NCBI GenBank assembly: GCA_003504275.1
Contig: DOAO01000006.1
Location: 66,588-130,587 of the forward strand
Direction: 5' to 3'
From: Patescibacteria group bacterium
Lineage (GTDB): Bacteria; Patescibacteriota; Minisyncoccia; Phycocordibacterales; UBA12445
Length of the DNA: 64,000 nt
A model generated the notes under the pieces. That model was not told the DNA's origin and searched no databases. It was given only the letters and a program-made list of their open reading frames with translations. Positions 55,692-64,000 of this stretch are shown here, one piece after another. The stretch's first letter is position 1. Every line of letters starts with the position of its first letter. Position numbers and translations under genes: made by a program.

Positions 55692-55871
55692 ATGACCGAA
55701 AAAGAAGTCATTGATTTAATGAGAAGTAGTAAGTCTCTGAAGCAATGGAATGCAAATTGCGATAAGGTAAAAAATGCGCATGGCGGTTTTTATCCTCCGT
55801 TTTGGTTTAGTACTATTGTTCAATCAGGTTTCGCCGCCGAGGTAATTTCTAAATTTGTTGATTTGGCTTAA
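55692..55871 (+). CDS. Small hypothetical protein
   Basis: TTGACA-17-GATAAT promoter, AAGGAGG SD, ATG at 55692, terminator at 55894-55919. Confidence 0.7.
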   Translation: MTEKEVIDLMRSSKSLKQWNANCDKVKNAHGGFYPPFWFSTIVQSGFAAEVISKFVDLA

Positions 55872-55930
55872 CTTGTTCTTCGTTAAAACGGAGAAAAACC
55901 CACAATATCGTGGGTTTTTATTTTGGTTTT

Positions 55931-57439
55931 TTATCTCTCCAATCTTTCTTTGTTCTTTTTTGTATTACCCAGTGATATACGAATCCTTTTTATTGCTTCA
56001 GAAGTTTTTGCATACTCAAGCCACTTTGGACTAGGGGTACTTTTTTCTCTGGTTATTATTTCAACAATATCACCATTTTTTAGAGCAGTATCAAATGATG
56101 CCATTTTGCCATTTACCTTAGCTCCAAAAGCATGACTACCTATGTCTGTATGAATCAAATATGCGAAATCGAGAGGACTTGCGCCCTCGGGAAGTTCTAC
56201 AACGTCGCCCTTTGGGGTAAAGACGAATATTTGATTATTGAAAAAATCCGTTTTTAGATTGTCTAAAAAGCTTTCAGACTCGTGGACTCCTTTTTGCCAC
56301 TCAATAAGTTGGGTTATCCATTTTAATTTTTTACTAAGTTCGCCTCCCGTTTTTTTCTTTCCTGATTCATCGTATGCGAGGTGCGCAGCTATACCATATT
56401 CTGCTTCGTTGTGCATTTGTTCGCTTCTTATCTGTATCTCCACAATTCCGCCATCTCCTGTGAAAATGACTGTATGAATGCTTTGGTATCCGTTTGGCTT
56501 TGGCACCGCGATATAGTCTTTTAGGCGCTCAGGAAGGGGTCTCCATGTGTTGTGAATAATACCTAACACTCGGTAACAGTCTTCTGTCGTGGGTACCATT
56601 ATTCGCAAAGCAGAAAGATCATATATCTTGTCGATATCCATATTTTTCTTTTGAAGCTTTAAGAAAAGGGAATATATATGTTTTACACGGAAGTCGGTTT
56701 TAAATTTTGTGATACCTGCTTTAGCCAACCTCTTGCACAAGAGGCGGTTTATTTTTTCCAATCTCTTCATGATTTCTTTCGACTTTTTCTGTCTCAGACG
56801 AACAGTTTCCTTGTATTCATTCGGTAATATATAAGGAAAGGCGAGGTCTTCAAGTTCTCCTTTTATGTGTCCCATCCCAAGTCGGTTTGCAAGTGGCGCA
56901 TATATTTCCAGTGTCTCCAAAGCTATCCTCCTGCTTTTTTCCGGTCGCACTTTATGGAGACTTTCTAGTGTGGCAGCGTTATTGAGCCTGTCGGCTAGTT
57001 TAATCAAAAGAACACGTATGTCTCTCGCTGTCGCAATAAAAAGTTTTCGCAGACTTTCAGCATGTCTCTCTACTCCGTGATATTTTATTTTTCCGAGCTT
57101 TGTGACACCTTCTATCATAAATGTAATATCATCACCAAACTCTCTTACGACATCTTCTTTTTTTGTTGTGGTGTCTTCGAGTACGTCATGAAGTAGTCCC
57201 GCTGCGATGGTCTCAGCATCGGCTTTTATCTCCGCCAGGTTTTTCGCTGTTCCTACCAGGTGAACAATATATGGATCACCGGAAAGTCTCTCGAAATTTT
57301 TGTGAGCTTCTTTTGCGAATTTGTATGCTTTAGTGATCAGTTTTTCGTCTTCTTCGGAATGTTTCTGCATTAAATCAAAAATCGCACGAAGGTCATTTGT
57401 GTTATCTTCTGTTTCTTTTTTAATAATTTCCTCGGGCAT
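55931..57439 (-). CDS. rel: RelA/SpoT family (p)ppGpp synthetase/hydrolase (HD + synthetase + TGS)
   Basis: R.SGDPYI.H, LLHDVLED, KLADRL.N, KPNGYQSIHT, EIQIR, TGS VFTPKG. Confidence 0.92.
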   Translation of the reverse strand: MPEEIIKKETEDNTNDLRAIFDLMQKHSEEDEKLITKAYKFAKEAHKNFERLSGDPYIVHLVGTAKNLAEIKADAETIAAGLLHDVLEDTTTKKEDVVREFGDDITFMIEGVTKLGKIKYHGVERHAESLRKLFIATARDIRVLLIKLADRLNNAATLESLHKVRPEKSRRIALETLEIYAPLANRLGMGHIKGELEDLAFPYILPNEYKETVRLRQKKSKEIMKRLEKINRLLCKRLAKAGITKFKTDFRVKHIYSLFLKLQKKNMDIDKIYDLSALRIMVPTTEDCYRVLGIIHNTWRPLPERLKDYIAVPKPNGYQSIHTVIFTGDGGIVEIQIRSEQMHNEAEYGIAAHLAYDESGKKKTGGELSKKLKWITQLIEWQKGVHESESFLDNLKTDFFNNQIFVFTPKGDVVELPEGASPLDFAYLIHTDIGSHAFGAKVNGKMASFDTALKNGDIVEIITREKSTPSPKWLEYAKTSEAIKRIRISLGNTKKNKERLER

Positions 57440-57491
57440 TTTTGAGTATTTGAACTTACTACAATTATAACACAATAAAATTGATAAAAGA

Positions 57492-57522
57492 TTCTACTTA
57501 GACCCCAGGGGTCTAAGTAGAA
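57492..57522. repeat. Perfect 15-bp inverted repeat with a 1-nt centre
   Basis: TTCTACTTAGACCCC-A-GGGGTCTAAGTAGAA. Confidence 0.8.
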
Positions 57523-57548
57523 AAGGTAGTAAATATGTTGTGCGAGTT

Positions 57549-59738
57549 TTATTCTTTGGCGAGGGTCCTCTTGTTTGGCAAATCAGGTCTATTATTCTCA
57601 CACTCTTTACGGCTACATCTCTCGGGAATAGTCTTCGTACCTTCCATCATAAGTGCACCACATTTGTCACAGACGCGTCCGGTCGGCTTGGATTTCATTA
57701 TGAACTTACATTTAGGGTAATTATTACAGCTAAAGAATGTTCCAAATCTTCCTTTTCTTTCAGATATCTCTCCCTCTTTACATTCAGGACATTTTACGCC
57801 GGTTGAGTTTGCCTTCTTGGCTTCTTCTGATTCGTCTTTTTTAATGTACTTACATTTCGGATATCTTCCACAAGCGACGAATTTTCCGAATTTTCCCGTT
57901 CTCTCTACGAGTTTGCCTTCTTTACATTCAGGACAATCTTCACCAGTTTCTTTTGGGGCTTCCATAATTTCTCCGTCTATTGTTCTCGCTCCTGTACAGT
58001 CGGGGAATTTATCACAGCTCAAGAATTTTCCGGTTCTTCCAAGTTTTATAACCATTCCACTTCCGCACTCAGGACACTTTATATCCTTAGGCGCATCTCC
58101 TAATGTTGTAACTTTAGGAACTTTATTTTTTGATTCAACTTCTTTTTTGAACGGTCCGTAAAATTCTTTCAGTATTTTTCCGTAATCTTTTGTACCATTT
58201 GCGATTTCGTCCAAATCTTCCTCCATCTGTGCCGTAAAGGTATCGCTTATGATATTTGCAAAATGCTCCTCAAGGAAATTGCTAACTACCTCGCCGGTAT
58301 CTGTTGGCTTGAGTGCTTTACCGTCTTTTTCCACATATCCTCTTGTTATAATCGTATGGATGATAGCGGCATAGGTACTTGGTCTTCCAATACCTCTTTT
58401 TTCAAGCTCTTTTACCAGTCCCGCTTCTGAGTATCTTCCCAGTGGCTCTGTTTGTTTGCCCTCAGAGTTTATTTCGGTAATCTTTAATTTTTCTCCCTTT
58501 TTAACTTCCGGAAGTATGGTATCTTCTCCTTTTGCGTATTCGTCGCACAAGAGCCAACCAGGATTAATAAGACGAGAACCATTGGCGTGATAAGGTTTTA
58601 CTGTACTGTCGCCTGTCTCAGCCACTATTTTCGTTCTTATGAAATTTGCGTCAGGCATCTGACTAGAAACAGTTCTTCTCCATATGAGGTCATAAAGTTT
58701 ACTGTCCTCTCCACCACCTGGAATATTTCTTTTTTCAAAGTGTGTTGGTCTTATTGCTTCGTGCGCTTCTTGGGCATTTTTGACCTTAGTCTTATATTCT
58801 CTATATGACCAAAATTTTTCCCCATACTCTTTTGTGATGACATTTTTTATCGCATCCATCGCATCCTGAGAGAGTGTCGTGCTGTCGGTTCTCATATATG
58901 TGATATGTCCGCTTTCGTAGAGCTTCTGCGCAATCTTCATTGTACGAGCAGGGGAGAAACCGAGCCCGGAACTTGCAGCTTGTTGGAGTGTGGAAGTTGT
59001 GAATGGGGATTTTGGTTTTCTTGTATAATCGCTTTCTTCAATATCTGTAATTTCTAGATTTGAAATTTTTGAAAGAGCGACAACGCGGTCGGCTTCTTCT
59101 TGCGTTTTTGGTTCTTCAGAATAAGCAAATTCAATCGCACTATTTTTAGGCGATTGAGTCTGTGCTTTTATAACCCAGTAACCCTCCGGAATGAATGCAC
59201 GTATCTCTCTTTCTCTTTCCATTAAGATACGAAGAGCGGGGGACTGTACACGACCCGCAGATAGTCCATACCTTACTTTTTTCCAGATAAGTCCGGAGAG
59301 GTCGTATCCCACAAGTCTGTCTAATACACGCCTTGCTTCCTGAGCTTTTCTTAGGTTTTGATCTATCTCGCGTGGGTGTTTTACGGCTTCTTTTACGGCT
59401 TTTTCCGTAATTTCATGGAAAGTGACTCTTTTTGGATTTTTAATTTTTAGAGCTTCGGCCACGTGCCAGGCGATCGCTTCTCCTTCTCGGTCGGGGTCAG
59501 TTGCGAGTAAAATTTCACTGGATTTTTTTGCCAACTCTTTTAGTTCGGAAACAACTTTTTCTTTGCCTTTAGAAATTTCATATTTGGGAATAAAACCGCC
59601 ATCTATATCGATGGCTTCTTTGTTACTTTTTGGCAGATCTCGAATGTGTCCCACACTCGCTTTTACCGTATATTCGTTATCCAAATATTTGGATATCGTC
59701 TTCGCCTTTGCAGGTGACTCTACTATTAATAATCGCAT
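57549..59738 (-). CDS. topA: DNA topoisomerase I
   Basis: IVESPAKAKTI, DPDREGE, SAGRVQS, ITYMRTDS, C-terminal zinc ribbons. Confidence 0.97.
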   Translation of the reverse strand: MRLLIVESPAKAKTISKYLDNEYTVKASVGHIRDLPKSNKEAIDIDGGFIPKYEISKGKEKVVSELKELAKKSSEILLATDPDREGEAIAWHVAEALKIKNPKRVTFHEITEKAVKEAVKHPREIDQNLRKAQEARRVLDRLVGYDLSGLIWKKVRYGLSAGRVQSPALRILMEREREIRAFIPEGYWVIKAQTQSPKNSAIEFAYSEEPKTQEEADRVVALSKISNLEITDIEESDYTRKPKSPFTTSTLQQAASSGLGFSPARTMKIAQKLYESGHITYMRTDSTTLSQDAMDAIKNVITKEYGEKFWSYREYKTKVKNAQEAHEAIRPTHFEKRNIPGGGEDSKLYDLIWRRTVSSQMPDANFIRTKIVAETGDSTVKPYHANGSRLINPGWLLCDEYAKGEDTILPEVKKGEKLKITEINSEGKQTEPLGRYSEAGLVKELEKRGIGRPSTYAAIIHTIITRGYVEKDGKALKPTDTGEVVSNFLEEHFANIISDTFTAQMEEDLDEIANGTKDYGKILKEFYGPFKKEVESKNKVPKVTTLGDAPKDIKCPECGSGMVIKLGRTGKFLSCDKFPDCTGARTIDGEIMEAPKETGEDCPECKEGKLVERTGKFGKFVACGRYPKCKYIKKDESEEAKKANSTGVKCPECKEGEISERKGRFGTFFSCNNYPKCKFIMKSKPTGRVCDKCGALMMEGTKTIPERCSRKECENNRPDLPNKRTLAKE

Positions 59739-59948
59739 AAATTTAAAAAATTATTTATTGAGTATTTAACTATAGTAATGCGATTTTTGAGAGAATGTCA
59801 AATTTTATGACTAAATTTTGCCAATAAAATCCCGATTTAGCTTGACATAATCTATTAAATATGTATATAGTGTAAGTAGATTCTAGATAAAGTTCTTTTA
59901 CAAAATCTGCCAATTGGTGGCGGATAATATAAGTGTAAAAGAGAAAGG

Positions 59949-60773
59949 ATGGAAATGCCTATGAAAAACAGGAATGTCCAAAATCACGGGAGTGGTTTAA
60001 CACGTGAGGCTGATTGTGCGGTATTGAAAGCCCTCTCCGTCGTCTATGAAGAGATAACCCCCGAGGAGCTTCAGGCCTTCATCGGACTGAAACAACCCGA
60101 GAGAATCGACAGACTTCGCGGAGCAGTGTTGGGTAGAGCGGTGCTGGGTAAATCAAAAAAGAGTTATGTTTCTCTGAAAGCATCAAACCTTCTCGGAGGG
60201 AAAGAAGTTTCTTACGATATCTTGGAGTTCACCGCTATCTGGTCAAATTTCTACAAAGAGGTCTTGGGCATCACGCTCGAACATCCGATAAGTATTCCGG
60301 GACACAAAGACGGTTTCGACTTCTTAATAATCATGGCTAAGGGTCTGACCCATAAAATGATTTCGAATGTCGAAGTCAATCTTTATTCGACATACAAGTA
60401 TCAGAGCGACCTCGACAACGCCACTGACCAGACCAAAGAAGAAAGAACGACCAAGAAATCATACGCTATCTGGATCCAGGACTCGATCGAAGCTCCTGAA
60501 GACCTTAAAAACGTTTCCGCATCTGAAATAGAGAGAAGAAAACTAAAGACAATGACACTCCTCGAACGCCGTCTTCTCGAGCTGTTCTACTACTGGACGA
60601 CTAAAAAACATCTGGATATCGATAACTGGACACTCTGCGCCGGCTCCCGTTATTCCGATGGCTACGTCCCGCGCACGTGCTGGTTTCCGTCGGATGGCAG
60701 GTTCCACGTCGGTTGGTGCTACGCCAGTTACTCGTACTCCTACTTGCGGGCTCGCACAGTAGTTTCCTACTAA
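59949..60773 (+). CDS. Putative DGR target protein (CLec-like fold) with a C-terminal variable region
   Basis: C-terminus WTLCAGSRYSDGYVPRTCW...FHVGWCY......LRARTVVS; 41 consecutive codons (60633-60755) with no A in position 3. Confidence 0.7.
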   Translation: MEMPMKNRNVQNHGSGLTREADCAVLKALSVVYEEITPEELQAFIGLKQPERIDRLRGAVLGRAVLGKSKKSYVSLKASNLLGGKEVSYDILEFTAIWSNFYKEVLGITLEHPISIPGHKDGFDFLIIMAKGLTHKMISNVEVNLYSTYKYQSDLDNATDQTKEERTTKKSYAIWIQDSIEAPEDLKNVSASEIERRKLKTMTLLERRLLELFYYWTTKKHLDIDNWTLCAGSRYSDGYVPRTCWFPSDGRFHVGWCYASYSYSYLRARTVVSY

Positions 60774-60928
60774 ACCTTTTACCTTATATCTTTTACCCTG
60801 TTGAGTAAAATTTTAAGTCGTTAGGCTTAAAATTTAGATTTGAAATCAAATCCTCAACAGTGTGAATCTTTGAAGAAAGGAGAAAACTGGTTTTTAAAAA
60901 GGTATTTCGTCGTAAAGGAGGACGTTTA

Positions 60929-61084
60929 ATGAAAGAAAAAAAGACAGAAAAGACTCCGAAAAAATCCACAGAGGCGACTAAAAAAGTTTTTGTGGTTGAT
61001 TTGAATGGGGTTACCACCGTAGTTGTTTCTGACACTGATAACAAGGAAAAAGATTATCGCCCCATAGACTTTCTCGGTTTCTGA
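60929..61084 (+). CDS. 51-aa hypothetical protein (below the ORF-track cutoff)
   Basis: AAGGAGG SD, ATG...TGA, followed by a terminator at 61119-61149. Confidence 0.55.
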   Translation: MKEKKTEKTPKKSTEATKKVFVVDLNGVTTVVVSDTDNKEKDYRPIDFLGF

Positions 61085-61174
61085 TCATTAACATAATATT
61101 TAGTCATTGTTCATGTACCCCCAAGCTTAAATGCTTGGGGATTTTTTTTATAAAAATGTGTTAAAATCATCTCT

Positions 61175-62128
61175 ATGAATAATGTAGTGAAAAATATTGA
61201 AATAAGCCAACATCTTAATTTTGGGGTTGGGGGTAAGGTAAGTCATTTTGTTACGGCTTCAAATAAAGAGGATATTTTGTCGGCTGTGGCATACGCCAAA
61301 AAAGAAAAAATACCATATTTAATATTGGGAGGTGGAAATAATATTGTTTCTTGTGATAAAAAGATAAAATGTCTCGTTATTAAGATTTCGAGTGAGCCTG
61401 ATAGTGTGGGCGGAGAAATAAAAATAAAAGATAATAAAATTTATACTGATGCCGGTATTCTTCTGTCTGATTTAGTTAGTACTACGGTAAAAAATGGTTT
61501 TGTTGGATTAGAGACTCTTTCTGGTATACCAGGCACGGTTGGCGGTTCTATATATGGTAATGCCGGTGCATACGGTCACTCTATTTCGGAATTTATTTCT
61601 TCGGTCACCATTTTTGACGGAAAAAAAATAATAAAAACAGGAAACAAGGACTGTCATTTTGGGTATCGCGAAAGTGTTTTCAAAAAAAAGAAATGGATAA
61701 TTATCGGTGCGGAATTTAAATTTAAAAAAGGAGACGCAAAAGAGCTCACAAAAATATCTGAAGATATAATTGAAACAAGGTGGAAAAAATTCGGTCCTAA
61801 ACCAAAATGTCCGGGAAGTTATTTTAAGAACATTATCGTGAAAGATATTTCTAAAAAATCTCTCGCCTTTATTGATCCTTCCAAAATAAAAGACGGGAAA
61901 ATTCCCGTGGGTTATTTATTGGAAGAAGTTGGCGCAAAAGGTATGAGGGAAGGGGGTATATATGTGTCTGATTTTCATGGGAATATAATATTGAATGATG
62001 GAACAGGAAAGTATAACGACCTAACGAAATTGGTTAAAAAATTAAAATCGCTTGTAAAAAAGAAATTTGGAATAGAAATTGAGGAAGAAGTGCAATATTT
62101 GCATGAAAAGATATTAAATTCTCGATAA
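61175..62128 (+). CDS. murB: UDP-N-acetylenolpyruvoylglucosamine reductase
   Basis: LGGGNN, GIPGTVGG, NAGAYG, FGYRES, GSYFKN, EVQ. Confidence 0.93.
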   Translation: MNNVVKNIEISQHLNFGVGGKVSHFVTASNKEDILSAVAYAKKEKIPYLILGGGNNIVSCDKKIKCLVIKISSEPDSVGGEIKIKDNKIYTDAGILLSDLVSTTVKNGFVGLETLSGIPGTVGGSIYGNAGAYGHSISEFISSVTIFDGKKIIKTGNKDCHFGYRESVFKKKKWIIIGAEFKFKKGDAKELTKISEDIIETRWKKFGPKPKCPGSYFKNIIVKDISKKSLAFIDPSKIKDGKIPVGYLLEEVGAKGMREGGIYVSDFHGNIILNDGTGKYNDLTKLVKKLKSLVKKKFGIEIEEEVQYLHEKILNSR

Positions 62129-62237
62129 AAACATACCTTGATTTTAATTAGATTGTGTGTTTTTTGCAGATAAGGCTTCTTTAATTTAGGGAGTTTTTTT
62201 GCTATATTTATTAAGTTATACTTATAAAATAATTAAA

Positions 62238-62870
62238 ATGATCATTACATATTACGGAAATTTATGTACTAAGGCGCAAATAGGAGACATGTCGGTTTCT
62301 TTTAATCCGCCACTTAGGGCTGATGGTAAGACACCTCGATTTACTTCAAACATCGCTCTTTTTAGTACGAAAGAAAAAGACCAGAACTTTTCCCACTCAT
62401 CTCCCGAAAAAGATGTTTTTATAATTGATGGTCCGGGAGAATATGAAGTTGGTGGTATTTTTATAAAAGGAGTTCTTGTTGAAAAGGAGATAGACGGAAA
62501 GAAAAAAATGAACACCGTTTATTCAGTTTTATTTGATGATATTAATTTGTGTCATTTGGGCGCCATTTCATCAGCCGATCTTAAGCCGACAGTTCTCGAG
62601 ACCCTTGGTTCCGTAGATATTTTATTTGTTCCTGTTACTGGTGGCGACGTTGCCACACCTGCAGTAGCTAGTAAGTTAGCCACTGCTTTTCAGTCACACG
62701 TCGTTATACCTCTTTATGGTACAGATAAGGGCGCAAGTGCAGACTCGTTGAAAATGTTCTTAAAAGAAGAAGGTGCTGAAGGTGCACAGCCAACTGACAA
62801 ATTAACGATTAAAAAGAAAGATATAGAGGGTAAAGACGGGGAAATAATAGTTTTATCTCCGACAGCTTAA
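62238..62870 (+). CDS. MBL-fold protein with degenerate metal motifs
   Basis: MIITYYG, IDGPGEYEVGG, HLG, VDILFVPV, VIP; no HxHxDH. Confidence 0.75.
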   Translation: MIITYYGNLCTKAQIGDMSVSFNPPLRADGKTPRFTSNIALFSTKEKDQNFSHSSPEKDVFIIDGPGEYEVGGIFIKGVLVEKEIDGKKKMNTVYSVLFDDINLCHLGAISSADLKPTVLETLGSVDILFVPVTGGDVATPAVASKLATAFQSHVVIPLYGTDKGASADSLKMFLKEEGAEGAQPTDKLTIKKKDIEGKDGEIIVLSPTA

Positions 62871-62876
62871 TTTATA

Positions 62877-63110
62877 ATGTTAAGATTTATTGAAAAATTA
62901 AGAAGTAGACCGGAGTCAGATAGAGAGAAAATGCTGATCGTTCTTGTAGTTTTATTTATGATGTCGGTTGTATTTTTGTGGATAACGAATTTAGATAAAA
63001 TTTTCCCTGTTGCTTCTGTTGAAAATAATGATGCCAAAATTTCCAGTGTTTCTCCGTTCAAAATATTTTCAGACAAGATATTGTATATGAAGGATGCTAT
63101 TTTAGAATAA
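62877..63110 (+). CDS. Small membrane protein
   Basis: 77-aa ORF with a single TM. Confidence 0.6.
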   Translation: MLRFIEKLRSRPESDREKMLIVLVVLFMMSVVFLWITNLDKIFPVASVENNDAKISSVSPFKIFSDKILYMKDAILE

Positions 63111-63188
63111 TTTAATGCAGTTACAGGCGGGGGACAATAAAAAGAGGACTTTATAACATTATAACTTTTAACTTTATAACCAGTTCAA

Positions 63189-64000
63189 ATGGCTAAGGAA
63201 AAGAAAAATAAAAAAGGGAAGGATGCACATTTTCATGGTGACATGCCCCCAGATGTAGTTAAGGTAGAGCCAAAGATCGTGAAAATAGACATTGTGCCGG
63301 AGATGAAGACATCTTATTTAGACTATGCTATGTCCGTTATTGTTTCTCGTGCTTTGCCCGATGTCAGAGACGGTCTTAAGCCTGTGCACAGAAGAATTCT
63401 TTTTTCTATGTATGATTTAGGCTTGACCGCTTCCGCTAAGTTCAGAAAATCCGCTATGATCGTCGGAGATGTGCTTGGTAAATATCATCCACACGGTGAC
63501 TCTGCTGTTTATGATGCGATGGTTAACTTGGCTCAGAATTTCAAAACCAGATATCCTCTCGTCTTTGGTCAAGGAAACTTCGGTTCTATTGACGGAGACA
63601 GCGCCGCTGCTTACAGATACACAGAGGCCAAAATGGCTAAAATTACTTCGGAGATATTGGGTGACCTTGAAAAGGATACCGTGGATTTCATTCCAAACTT
63701 CGATAACACCAGAAAAGAGCCGAGTGTTTTTCCTTCTGCAATACCAACACTTCTTCTTAATGGAACATTGGGTATCGCTGTAGGTATGGCCACAAAGATT
63801 CCTCCTCATAACTTAGGAGAGATAATGGATGCATTGATACATCTAGCCGACAATGGAGATGCTACAACCGAAGATTTATTTAAATTTATAAAAGGTCCGG
63901 ACTTTCCGACGGGAGGAATTGTTTTCAATGAGAAAGATATTTTAAGAGCTTCTGCTACAGGAAGAGGCGGAGTGGTTGTCCGCGGTGAAGCGGAGATAGT
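63189..64000 (+). CDS. gyrA: DNA gyrase subunit A (5' part, runs off the window)
   Basis: [59 protein letters not shown]. Confidence 0.95.
   Translation, partial: MAKEKKNKKGKDAHFHGDMPPDVVKVEPKIVKIDIVPEMKTSYLDYAMSVIVSRALPDVRDGLKPVHRRILFSMYDLGLTASAKFRKSAMIVGDVLGKYHPHGDSAVYDAMVNLAQNFKTRYPLVFGQGNFGSIDGDSAAAYRYTEAKMAKITSEILGDLEKDTVDFIPNFDNTRKEPSVFPSAIPTLLLNGTLGIAVGMATKIPPHNLGEIMDALIHLADNGDATTEDLFKFIKGPDFPTGGIVFNEKDILRASATGRGGVVVRGEAEI

Noticed and set aside
63417-63809. ORF-track entries at the window end
   Set aside because: They are shadows of gyrA, which starts at 63189 and is absent from the track because it has no stop within the window.
1-64000. Alternative genetic code (TGA = Gly, code 25)
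   Set aside because: Conserved genes are full length under code 11 with no in-frame TGA, and some ORFs end at TGA (e.g. 39013-40050).

Overview
AT-rich window (standard genetic code) that reads as a Patescibacteria/CPR, probably Parcubacteria, chromosome. This is inferred from the gene set: short SMC, motif-less PriA, sigma4/HARE-HTH protein, murB-MBL-gyrA order, and SD-poor core genes. Positions 1 to ~12.09 kb are the right part of an integrated element (primase-ATPase, DUF5659-like protein, TPR protein, type III R-M system, microproteins, two structured non-coding regions). The rest is core genome (uvrA, smc, rnr, fmt, def, priA, mnmA, rpsP, khpA, rpmF, nusB-NUDIX, rnc, mltG, gap, sod, parB, rel, topA, murB, 5' gyrA, tRNA-Ala(GGC), tRNA-Leu(CAA)) interspersed with accessory genes. 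Main observations: (1) a structured repeat system at three tRNA 3' ends whose termini copy the local tRNA's T-arm/acceptor, with duplicated tRNA 5' halves and a GIY-YIG gene inserted at the tRNA-Leu anticodon; (2) an orphan DGR-type target gene with no RT seen in the window; (3) a hinge-less SMC with a central CxxC that could be a Rad50-like zinc hook; (4) a recurring boxA-like plus strong-SD leader on accessory genes; (5) nested palindromic repeats inserted in frame in mnmA; (6) an accessory gene captured between two diverged copies of the fmt 3' end. All calls come from reading the sequence by eye; no database searches were run.
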